Virus record (IMG/VR): IMGVR_UViG_3300050500_000423
Location: 23,622-87,621 of that record
Length of the DNA stretch: 64,000 nt
Reading direction: 5' to 3' (one strand)
Origin: a virus
Taxonomy: Duplodnaviria; Caudoviricetes
In this document: positions 18,153 through 26,289 of the stretch, in pieces
Numbering within the stretch: position 1 is the stretch's first letter
Layout: each line of letters begins with the position of its first letter
Notes under the pieces: model-generated
Databases searched by the model: none
The model's input: the letters and a program-made list of their open reading frames with translations, nothing else
What the model was told of the DNA's origin: nothing
Translations under genes and position numbers: made by a program

Positions 18153-18875
18153 ATGCCCCGCCCTGCTGCTCCCCCCAGAACCGGCCCCCGTGCCCTCACC
18201 GACGAACGCCGCAAACTTCTCCTCGACAGCCTCGCCGCAGGCGACAGCATCAAAGCAGCAGCCGAAACCGCCCACCTCGGAGAACGCACCGTCCAGCGAT
18301 ACCTCACCCGAGGCGACACCGCACAAGCCACCCTCGACACCCACATCGACAACCTCACCGACACCCGACGAACCATCCTCGACCGATGGGACGACACCCG
18401 ACGCGACCGCTACTACGAACACCACATCCCCCCCACCGAACGCGCGTATTGGCGTTTGTGGCGTGATGCCACTCGGGCGCGGGCGCGAGCGGAGACGCTT
18501 GCTCTGGCTCGTATTCGGGCGGCGGGTGCGGGTGGGGGCGTGTCGTGGAAAGAGGTCCTGAATCCCAAGACGGGGGAGAAGGTCCGGTTGGAGCAGTCGA
18601 TCGACCCGGATTGGCGGGCGGAGGCGTGGTTCTTGCAGCACGGGCATGCTCGGGAGCGGTGGTATCGCCGGCCGACGGCGGTGGAGCTCACGGGGGCGGA
18701 TGGCGGTCCGATCGCGTTGGCGGGGGTGGATGAGGCGCGGGATCGGGCGGCGGTTGCGCTGTCGAAGTTCGAGCAGCGTCGGAATCAGGCGTTGGAGGCG
18801 GAGCGGCAGGCTGCGGCGGAAGCGGACAGCGCGGGCGACGCTCTCCGGACGGGTTCCGATCCCGGAGGGGTCTAA
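18153..18875 (+). CDS. Terminase small subunit-like protein
   Basis: N-terminal HTH (SIKAAAETAHLGERTVQRYL), DWRAEAWFL, VELTGADGGPI. Confidence 0.7.
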   Translation: MPRPAAPPRTGPRALTDERRKLLLDSLAAGDSIKAAAETAHLGERTVQRYLTRGDTAQATLDTHIDNLTDTRRTILDRWDDTRRDRYYEHHIPPTERAYWRLWRDATRARARAETLALARIRAAGAGGGVSWKEVLNPKTGEKVRLEQSIDPDWRAEAWFLQHGHARERWYRRPTAVELTGADGGPIALAGVDEARDRAAVALSKFEQRRNQALEAERQAAAEADSAGDALRTGSDPGGV

Positions 18876-19319
18876 CCCGGAGGCTTCATGGGGAATCCGG
18901 CCGAACTTCCTCGGAGGCCGTGGATTCCTCGCCGGGCGAGCGCGTGTCGCGGGTCTCTGCCGTGAGCGGCGCACGGGTGAGGCGGCAGTAGGCGTGTAGG
19001 GGAGCGTCACCGGACTGGCGGGCGGGGGAACTCGCCGGGGGAGCTGTCGTCTGGAATCGTCTCGTGGAATCCGAGTTTCTGGGAGCCGCTCCGGAAAACG
19101 GGTTTCGCGGAACGGGTTTCGCGGAGGGCACCCTGCGTCCCTACTGCTAGCTCACGTCACTGGAGGCTTCATGCGGAATCTGGAGTTTCGGTCGCCCCGC
19201 CGCGAAATTTCGCGGTGGGAGGGCGAAACCGCGTGAGATGGCGTGATGGTCAAGCGTCGATGTCCTCGACGGGGTTAGACCCCGCGGTCTAGGGTTAGAC
19301 CCCGATCGAGGAGGTTGCT
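18876..19319. other. Non-coding repeat-rich region, probable diverged third hairpin element
   Basis: GGAGGCTTCATG(G/C)GGAATC x2, AACGGGTTTCGCGG tandem x2, GGGTTAGACCCC x2; imperfect IR 18985-19002 / 19131-19147 resembling the element arms. Confidence 0.55.
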
Positions 19320-20477
19320 GTGGGTCCGGAGAAGGTCACGGATCGGTTGCTCGTCTGGGGTGCCGATCAGATGGAGTCGGGGACGCTCGAGCAGGCGGCG
19401 CGCGCGTCGCGGCTCCCATTCGTCGCCGGTCACGTTGCGTTGATGCCCGACGCGCACGTCGGGAAGGGAGCGACGGTCGGGTCGGTGCTCCCGACTGTCG
19501 GCGCGGTGATCCCCGCGGCGGTCGGCGTCGACATCGGCTGCGGGATGGTCGCGGTCGAGATGTCCGCGACGGCGTCGCAACTCCCGGACGACCTCGGCGC
19601 GGTCCTCCAGGCGATCGAGGCGGTCGTCCCCGCAGGTGTCGGCCGCGGTCACGACCATGTCGGGTCCACAGCCCGAGCTTGGCTTGCTGGCCGGCCGAAC
19701 ACGTTGACGGCACGGCAGGAAGCGACGGCGCTCGCACAGTTCGGGACTCTCGGTTCCGGGAACCACTTCCTCGAGGTCTGCCTCGATGAACGCGACCGAG
19801 TCTGGCTGGTTCTCCACTCGGGGTCGCGAGGGATCGGGAACCAACTCGCGTCGGCGCATATCGAACGGGCACAGAAGCTCGCCTCCCGCTGGTTCCTTGA
19901 CCTCGAGGACCCGGACCTCGCGTACCTTCCGGAAGGCACTCCCGAGTTCGACGCGTACATCGAGGCGATGCTCTGGTCGCAGGACTACGCGTACGCGAAC
20001 CGGCAGTACATGGCGACGGAGGCGATCCGGGTCCTCGCGGCCGTGATGCCCTTCCAAGTGATCCGCTCCGTGAACTGCCATCACAACTTCACGCAGCGGG
20101 AGCATCATCACCACCGCGATATCTGGGTCACGCGGAAGGGCGCGATCCGGGCACGGACCGGCGACGAAGGCGTCATCCCCGGGTCGATGGGGACGAGCTC
20201 GTACATCGTGCGAGGTCTCGGAAGCTCAGCGTCGTTCTGTTCCTGCTCGCACGGCGCAGGCCGGCGGATGTCCCGCGGTGTCGCCCGACGGACGTTCACC
20301 GCGGACGACCTCGCGGACCGGATGGGCGACCGGGTGTGGAACGCCAACCAGGCGGAGCGACTCATCGACGAGATCCCCGACTCGTACAAGGACATCGACG
20401 CGGTCATGGCCGCTCAAGCGGACCTCGTCACGATCGAGCACACCTTGCGCCAGGTCCTGAACTACAAGGGCGCCTGA
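19320..20477 (+). CDS. rtcB: RtcB-family RNA ligase
   Basis: MPDAHVGKG, VGVDIGCGM, GTLGSGNHFLE, LHSGSRG, CHHN, HRK-like TRKGA, IPGSMG, SHGAGR, DEIP..YK. Confidence 0.95.
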   Translation: MGPEKVTDRLLVWGADQMESGTLEQAARASRLPFVAGHVALMPDAHVGKGATVGSVLPTVGAVIPAAVGVDIGCGMVAVEMSATASQLPDDLGAVLQAIEAVVPAGVGRGHDHVGSTARAWLAGRPNTLTARQEATALAQFGTLGSGNHFLEVCLDERDRVWLVLHSGSRGIGNQLASAHIERAQKLASRWFLDLEDPDLAYLPEGTPEFDAYIEAMLWSQDYAYANRQYMATEAIRVLAAVMPFQVIRSVNCHHNFTQREHHHHRDIWVTRKGAIRARTGDEGVIPGSMGTSSYIVRGLGSSASFCSCSHGAGRRMSRGVARRTFTADDLADRMGDRVWNANQAERLIDEIPDSYKDIDAVMAAQADLVTIEHTLRQVLNYKGA

Positions 20478-20479
20478 TC

Positions 20480-20899
20480 GTGGCTGGCGCTCTTCTCTGG
20501 ACGTACAGCTACGGGTGGCTGTCCGTCACGGCGTGTGACACAGTCGAGACCGCGATCGAGGAAGCCGAGCGCGGGTCAGACGCCGGCGAGCATGCCGTGT
20601 ACGCGATCGAGGAAGAGACCCCCGACGGGAACCACCTCATCAACGAGGAACATCCCGCGTGGGTCGCGTACCAGGCCGCGGAGCGGGAACGGCAACGAGC
20701 GGAGACGGAACGAATCGCGGCGCACCTTGCCCGTCAGGTCGGCAGCGTCGAAGTCAGCGCACCGACCGGCGTCGGCGCTACACCCGCGTTGGAGTGGGTG
20801 AGTGTCGCTGCTCCGACATCGCAGGCCGACCTCGACGATGCGGTCGCGGTCTGGACCGAACGCGTCGGCGCTGACCGAGTCCGGGTCGTACCGACGTGA
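20480..20899 (+). CDS. Hypothetical protein
   Basis: GTG 20480; 139 aa. Confidence 0.6.
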   Translation: MAGALLWTYSYGWLSVTACDTVETAIEEAERGSDAGEHAVYAIEEETPDGNHLINEEHPAWVAYQAAERERQRAETERIAAHLARQVGSVEVSAPTGVGATPALEWVSVAAPTSQADLDDAVAVWTERVGADRVRVVPT

Positions 20900-20948
20900 C
20901 CTGCCTCACCGAACCGTCGCTACTGCCCGAACCCCGATCGGAGACCGA

Positions 20949-21080
20949 ATGAGCACGGACCAGGAACGCCGGGACTACTTCTCGGCCCGACAGTTAGCTC
21001 TCCGGAACGGCAGCCCGAAGGGGAAGGCGGGTCGTCGTCGTCGACTGCGTCGGAAGCAGGAGACATGGAAGCGGAAGTAG
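20949..21080 (+). CDS. Small Arg/Lys-rich peptide
   Basis: MSTDQERRDYFSARQLALR...RRRRLRRKQ. Confidence 0.4.
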   Translation: MSTDQERRDYFSARQLALRNGSPKGKAGRRRRLRRKQETWKRK

Positions 21081-21376
21081 CTCGGCTGCTGATCAACGAA
21101 CACGACCGTGCCGTCGACCACGGCATACCCCCGGGGGTAGCGGCGACGCGTGTCGTCGCGGAAGTCCGTCGGATCGCGGAGGGACCGCCGTCCGAACGGG
21201 TCGAGGCGTTCGCGGTCGCGTACGCCTGCTGGCGGCAGAGGATCGACCCTGCCGACTTGCCTCTCCCGGACTCGCATCTGCTGGCTGGCGTGTACCGAGC
21301 GGCGCTCGAGAACGGCCGTGACCTCGCCGCGTATGTCCTTCCGGTACTCGGTGAGCAGGGACCCGAGCGGGCGTGA
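21065..21376 (+). CDS. Hypothetical protein
   Basis: GGAG RBS; 103 aa. Confidence 0.6.
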   Translation: MEAEVARLLINEHDRAVDHGIPPGVAATRVVAEVRRIAEGPPSERVEAFAVAYACWRQRIDPADLPLPDSHLLAGVYRAALENGRDLAAYVLPVLGEQGPERA

Positions 21377-21660
21377 CGACCGCGGACCGGCAGATGGTGC
21401 CGTTGCCACGCGCGCTGGTCGCCCGGTGGGACGAAGCACGGGGGACGCTGTCGCGTCCGGCGTTCCTCGAGGCACTGTTGGACGAGTACGACGGGAAACC
21501 CCCCGGCCCCGAGCGCGCCGCGCCGGCCGCGCCGGCGCGGGAGCCGGTACGGCAGGGTGGGGTCCGTCCGGGGTCCTGTCCGCATCCATCGTCTCGTCGG
21601 ATCGGCGCGGGGTGTGGGATGTGCGGAGACACGACGGCGCACTCGAGCCGGCGGGGCTGA
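21373..21660 (+). CDS. Possible ribbon-helix-helix DNA-binding protein
   Basis: MVPLPRALVARWDEARGTLSRPAFLEALLDEY; Cys-rich tail. Confidence 0.45.
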   Translation: MTTADRQMVPLPRALVARWDEARGTLSRPAFLEALLDEYDGKPPGPERAAPAAPAREPVRQGGVRPGSCPHPSSRRIGAGCGMCGDTTAHSSRRG

Positions 21661-21682
21661 ACCGGAGAAGGGGGAGGGACTG

Positions 21683-22318
21683 ATGGCGAAGCGACGGAGC
21701 CGTCGAGCACGACCGGCGGGGGGATCAGGTCTGGGTCTCCCGGTCGACTACGCGGGGTTACCGGCGATCGACCCGACCGCGAACGTCACCGCGCAACTCG
21801 ACGCCGCCGTCGCTCGACTCGATGATCTCCGCGAAGCGTCCGAGCAACGCACGGCCGAGCTCGTCGCAGCGCATACCGAGATGGACCGCCAGACCGCTCG
21901 GCACATCATGGAGACCGCCGAGCTACGCGCCCGGTACGAGGAGATGCTCCGCACCGCGGAGCGAGACCGTATCGACGCGATCCGCGCCCTGGACGTGAGC
22001 AACGTCGAGCGGGCGCAGGCGGTCTCGCAGGAGCAGGCGGCGACGCTCGCGACGCAGGTCGCGACGTCGGCGGAGGCGCTCCGTGCTCAGGTCGAAGCGA
22101 CCAGGGTGCAGACAGCGATCGCGCTTGACGCGGCGTTGCAGCCGATCAAGTTCGATGTCTCGGACTTGCGTCGGGTGCAGTACGAGCAGCAGGGGCAACG
22201 CGCGGCCGTGACGGAGACGAAGTCGAACACGGCGTCACTCTGGGCGGTCCTGATCGGTGCTGGCGGGTTCCTGATCGGTCTCAGTGGCTTGGTGCTGGCT
22301 TTCACGAGAGGAGGGTGA
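21683..22318 (+). CDS. Coiled-coil protein with C-terminal TM helix
   Basis: GGGGAGGG RBS; Ala/Gln heptads; LWAVLIGAGGFLIGLSGLVLAF. Confidence 0.7.
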   Translation: MAKRRSRRARPAGGSGLGLPVDYAGLPAIDPTANVTAQLDAAVARLDDLREASEQRTAELVAAHTEMDRQTARHIMETAELRARYEEMLRTAERDRIDAIRALDVSNVERAQAVSQEQAATLATQVATSAEALRAQVEATRVQTAIALDAALQPIKFDVSDLRRVQYEQQGQRAAVTETKSNTASLWAVLIGAGGFLIGLSGLVLAFTRGG

Positions 22319-22319
22319 G

Positions 22320-22556
22320 GTGGGGACCGGCCGCTACGTCACCGCGGGAGGCGACGACCTCGAGATCGGAACCCGGTACGCGGCACGGTTCGATGACTGC
22401 TGCGTCGGCGGGTCCTTCACCGCGACACTGACCGAGGTCCTCACGATCGTCGACGGCGACGACCTGGCGTATCCGGTCACGCTCGTGTTCGACAATAGCG
22501 TCCGGCTGGACGAATGGAACGGCGTCCGGTTCGTACCGGCGCCCGAGGGAGGCTGA
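22320..22556 (+). CDS. Hypothetical protein
   Basis: 78 aa ORF in series. Confidence 0.55.
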   Translation: MGTGRYVTAGGDDLEIGTRYAARFDDCCVGGSFTATLTEVLTIVDGDDLAYPVTLVFDNSVRLDEWNGVRFVPAPEGG

Positions 22557-22560
22557 TCGT

Positions 22561-23313
22561 ATGTTCGACCGGGTAGGCGACGAGAAGGTCGTCACGAGAC
22601 GGGTGCATCGCTGGTGGGGCGGCCGCCGTTGGAAGTGGGAGCTCTGGCGGACGGTCGAGGTCGACACCCGAGGGGGCGTCCTCACGACGACGGTCGCGAG
22701 CACGACAGTCCTCGTCGCGTCGGGGTGGGCGAGGACGAACGACCAGGCCGCAGCGCGCGGTCGAGAGGCGCTCGCGATCACCGTCCCGATGCTCCGACCC
22801 GCGCCGACCGAGATCCCCGTCGAGGCACTCAACTTCCACGACGGGGAGACGGAGGCGCTCGTACGGCAGGCGATTGAGGCGTTCCGCCTCACCCGTGAGT
22901 ACGTCGAGCCGAAGGTGCGGCTCTCGGCGGTCGAGGGCTGGTCGTGGTTCGACGCCGTCGTCGCGCTCCGCCGGTACCTCTTCGACCGCGGCTACGTCGA
23001 CGACCTGTCGGAGGTGTGGGCCCCGACGAACGAGGACGCGGCTCCCGACCCAAGCGAGGTCGTCGACGCCATCATCGTGGAGGACGACACCGAGTACCTC
23101 CGCCTCCTCGAGGAGCGGGTGAACCGGACCGTCGAGCGCATCGAACGCGAGCAGGAACGCATCCAGACGATGGACGACTTCGAGCCGGCCGGCCGCTGGC
23201 AGTTCCGGCGCCGCTGGTGGCTCGACGGCATCCGCACGGCGCGCGCCGTCGAGGAAGTCAAGCTCGAGTCGATCCTGCACTACCTCGTCTGCGCGCAGTG
23301 CGGGAACCGATGA
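22561..23313 (+). CDS. Hypothetical protein
   Basis: 250 aa; GGAGG RBS. Confidence 0.7.
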   Translation: MFDRVGDEKVVTRRVHRWWGGRRWKWELWRTVEVDTRGGVLTTTVASTTVLVASGWARTNDQAAARGREALAITVPMLRPAPTEIPVEALNFHDGETEALVRQAIEAFRLTREYVEPKVRLSAVEGWSWFDAVVALRRYLFDRGYVDDLSEVWAPTNEDAAPDPSEVVDAIIVEDDTEYLRLLEERVNRTVERIEREQERIQTMDDFEPAGRWQFRRRWWLDGIRTARAVEEVKLESILHYLVCAQCGNR

Positions 23314-23552
23314 TCGGGACGTGCTCAGGCTGCCAGTTCGCCCTCGCGACCGTCGGCGGGTTGGAGTGCCGTCGGTACCCGCCGACGGTCGAGGATGTCG
23401 CCGGCGACCTCGTCGTCGCTGGCTTCCGGTACGTCCGCCCGGAGGACTGGTGCGGCGAGTACCAGCGGAGTGACCGGCAGTCCTCGTGCGCGCACTCGGG
23501 CAAGGTGCGCCGCGCCGACGGCATCTGCTCTCTCTGCGGGACCCGGCCGTGA
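23310..23552 (+). CDS. Small Cys-rich protein
   Basis: CSGC...ECRRYPP...WCGEY, a common phage motif. Confidence 0.6.
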   Translation: MIGTCSGCQFALATVGGLECRRYPPTVEDVAGDLVVAGFRYVRPEDWCGEYQRSDRQSSCAHSGKVRRADGICSLCGTRP

Positions 23553-23791
23553 GCAACCTCGAGCGTCCCTGCCCGGTGGGGTTCCTGACGCACGAGGAGT
23601 TGTCCGCGATCGAGGTCACAGCCGACCTCGTTGCCCTGCTCGATGACATCGTCGGTGACGGCGCGACGGCACAGCAGGACCGAGCGGAACTCGTCGCGCT
23701 CGTCCACAGCATCCAGTACCGGATCATGGGGCAGGCGGCGGCGCGCGCGTACCCCGACCGGTTCCGGCTTCTCGGGGAGACCATCGAATGA
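23549..23791 (+). CDS. Hypothetical protein
   Basis: 80 aa; GTGA coupling. Confidence 0.65.
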   Translation: MSNLERPCPVGFLTHEELSAIEVTADLVALLDDIVGDGATAQQDRAELVALVHSIQYRIMGQAAARAYPDRFRLLGETIE

Positions 23792-24153
23792 ACCACGGCG
23801 ACGAGGTCTACGTCACGGTCCGAGGTCAGTCCGTCGCCGCTGTCGTACGCGGGCGGGGAACGCTCGGTGCCGTGTACGTCGAACTCGTCCAGCCGTTCTA
23901 CGACCCGGAGGTGTCCCCCGATCCCGTGCGGTTCCTCTACCGGGACCCGTCCGAAGTCGCAGTACGGGTCGAGGACGCCCCGAATCTCTCCGCACCGCAC
24001 GACTTCCATCGTCGGGGCTGGCGATGGTGGCTCTGCCGGCACTGCTACGCGCCGAGGGCGCTGCATCCCCGGCAGCGGTATGTACGGTCGCGTCCGGTCG
24101 ATGACAACCTCGTCTTGAGCCGTCGAGCACCGCACTTCCGGGAGGGCTGGTGA
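23788..24153 (+). CDS. Hypothetical protein with Zn motif
   Basis: HDF...WLCRHCYAPRALHP. Confidence 0.6.
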   Translation: MNHGDEVYVTVRGQSVAAVVRGRGTLGAVYVELVQPFYDPEVSPDPVRFLYRDPSEVAVRVEDAPNLSAPHDFHRRGWRWWLCRHCYAPRALHPRQRYVRSRPVDDNLVLSRRAPHFREGW

Positions 24154-24166
24154 CGCAGGACGCCGA

Positions 24167-24510
24167 GACGGTCTACGTGTTCCGAAGTTCGCGGTTCGGC
24201 GCGTTTCTGGTCGTCGCCTCGTGATTTCCGTGCGGCTGCGCGATTCGCGTGGTTCTGTCATCTTCGCCGCGCGACCCCGTTACAGGAGTAGGGCTGTAGG
24301 GTGCCGCGTTTCGTGCTTCGGTGAACGGACCTCTTCGTTCGGGGCACTGCTCGAAAAGTGGTTTCCGAGGGGACTCTTTCCGGGCTGCTCTCGGAGAATC
24401 GTTTTCGGGCGACGCTCCCGATCGCGGGTCCCCTACATCCCTACTCCCATAAGGAGGTCGCGGACCGAAGATGACGAATCTGTGCGAATCGGGGCCGCGA
24501 TGAGAAATCA
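24167..24510. repeat. 344-nt long-hairpin element, copy 2
   Basis: First 34 nt identical to 11963-11996; same length and internal blocks as copy 1; imperfect inverted arms. Confidence 0.9.
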
Positions 24511-24566
24511 CGGGGCGACCCCCGAGTTCATGCAGATTCGTCATCTAGCTCTGGGAGGATGCGCGC

Positions 24567-24809
24567 ATGGCCGTTCCTGCGACTGAAACGAAGCCGGCGC
24601 TCCCGACGACGGCCGACGGCGACCACGACCGGTTCTCGCACTACGCCCCGAAGGCCGACGTCGCTCGGGCGTACGCGATGGGTGAGCCGATCACGGCGCT
24701 GTGCGGGAAGCGGTGGGTTCCGTCTCGCGATCCGGAGCGTTACCCGATCTGCCCGGACTGTGTTCGTATCAAGGCGTCCCTCGACGCCGGAGGAGAAGAG
24801 ACCCCGTGA
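24567..24809 (+). CDS. DUF3039 protein
   Basis: GDHDRFSHY...GEPITALCGKRWVPSRDPERYPICPDC. Confidence 0.85.
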   Translation: MAVPATETKPALPTTADGDHDRFSHYAPKADVARAYAMGEPITALCGKRWVPSRDPERYPICPDCVRIKASLDAGGEETP

Positions 24810-25351
24810 CCGAACGAAGGACCGCCGGCGTGCTCGCCCTCGCCGGGTTCATAGCCTGCATCTTCCTCGCGAACTACTCGATCGCGCATTGGGGCACGGT
24901 CCCGTTCCCGGGGGGACCACACACCGTGACGCTCCTCGGCTTCACCGGACCGTCGGGCGTGCTCTTCGTCGGCGTGAGCTTCCTCCTCCGCGACCTCGCG
25001 CAGATGGCCCTCGGCCGCTGGCCGGTCGTCGCAGCGATCGGCGTCGGGGCCGTCCTCTCGTACGCGGTCGCGCCGTCGCTCGCCTGGGCGTCCGCCGCCG
25101 CGTTCCTCGTCTCGGAGCTCGCGGACTTCGCCGTCTACACGCCCCTCGCGGAGCGGGGACGCTGGTGGGCGGGCGTCGGACTGTCGAACACCGTCGGGTC
25201 CGCCGTCGACACGGCGCTGTTCCTCTGGCTGGCGTTCGGGTCCCTCGAGTTCTTCTGGGGGCAGTTCTGGCTCAAGTTCCTCGTGACGATCCCCGCGCTC
25301 GTGGTCCTCGCGCCGATCCGTCTCCGGCAGCGCGCCGCCGCGGCGGCGTAG
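24806..25351 (+). CDS. VUT/YhhQ-family queuosine-precursor transporter
   Basis: Multi-TM; FLANY, GVSFLLRDLAQ, AFLVSELADFAVY, SNTVGSAVDTALFLWLAF. Confidence 0.85.
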   Translation: MTERRTAGVLALAGFIACIFLANYSIAHWGTVPFPGGPHTVTLLGFTGPSGVLFVGVSFLLRDLAQMALGRWPVVAAIGVGAVLSYAVAPSLAWASAAAFLVSELADFAVYTPLAERGRWWAGVGLSNTVGSAVDTALFLWLAFGSLEFFWGQFWLKFLVTIPALVVLAPIRLRQRAAAAA

Positions 25352-25354
25352 CTC

Positions 25355-26032
25355 GTGCTCTACCTCGCGACGTCTCCCTCGTACTCCGGCGTGGTCGACC
25401 TCCTCGACCGCCGCCGCCTCGGACTCATGTGCCAACCGGGGACGAACCATCCGCGGGTCGGCTGGCTGTGGGGAGCGGACAACGCGTGCCACCGGGCGGA
25501 GTGCTTCGACCGGGGATGCGCGGCGACGGGGTACGCCTGCGTCACGAAGTGGGACGAGGCACGGTGGCTCCGGTGGCTCCGCTCGGAGAACCTCCCGCGC
25601 CCGGGCGCGCTGTTCGCGACGGCTCCCGACACGGTCGGAGACGCCGCCCTCACGATCGACCGCTTCGTCGGCGGGGCGTACACGCACCTGATCCGAGCCG
25701 CCCGCTACCCCGTCGCTCTCGTCGCGCAGGACGGGATGGAGGACCTCGAGGTCCCCTGGGCTGACCTCGACGTGCTGTTCATCGGCGGGTCGACGGACTG
25801 GAAGCTCGGGGAAGGCGCTCGGGCGGTCGCGGCGGAGGCACGAGCTCGGGGGAAGTGGGTCCACGTCGGCCGGGTGAACTCGTCCGGCCGGTACCGCGCA
25901 TGGGCACCCGACGCCGACTCCGCCGACGGGTCGTTCCTCTCGTTCGGCCCCGACCAGAACCTCCCGCGGCTCATGCGCTGGCTCGTGGAGCACGAAGGCG
26001 CGCCGACGCTCTGGGAAGGCGCGCCGACGTGA
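25355..26032 (+). CDS. DpdA/TGT-like 7-deazaguanine DNA transglycosylase (putative)
   Basis: WGADNAC, FATAPDTVGDA, ALVAQDG, LFIGGSTDWK, VHVGRVNS, DSADGS; adjacent to the VUT transporter. Confidence 0.65.
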   Translation: MLYLATSPSYSGVVDLLDRRRLGLMCQPGTNHPRVGWLWGADNACHRAECFDRGCAATGYACVTKWDEARWLRWLRSENLPRPGALFATAPDTVGDAALTIDRFVGGAYTHLIRAARYPVALVAQDGMEDLEVPWADLDVLFIGGSTDWKLGEGARAVAAEARARGKWVHVGRVNSSGRYRAWAPDADSADGSFLSFGPDQNLPRLMRWLVEHEGAPTLWEGAPT

Positions 26033-26289
26033 CCGAGCGACTCCTCGCCCTGCCCCCGGTCGAGAAGGTCGTCCGGTCGAAGTGCCGAGACCTCGTACCC
26101 CTCGCTCCGGGTCGCTGCGCTCGTTGCGGCGCAGCGACGGTCCCCGAGGTACACGGGCTGCTCTCGCTTCTCCGCCACGGCGGCTATGGGGCCGACCGGG
26201 AGACGACCTACGCCGTCTGCTCGTCCCTGACATGCCGGTACACGCGACGCGTCGAGGTCATCGAACGCAGCCCGAGGCGGCGATCGTGA
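26029..26289 (+). CDS. Zn-ribbon protein
   Basis: CARCG...CSSLTC; coupled to terL. Confidence 0.6.
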   Translation: MTERLLALPPVEKVVRSKCRDLVPLAPGRCARCGAATVPEVHGLLSLLRHGGYGADRETTYAVCSSLTCRYTRRVEVIERSPRRRS

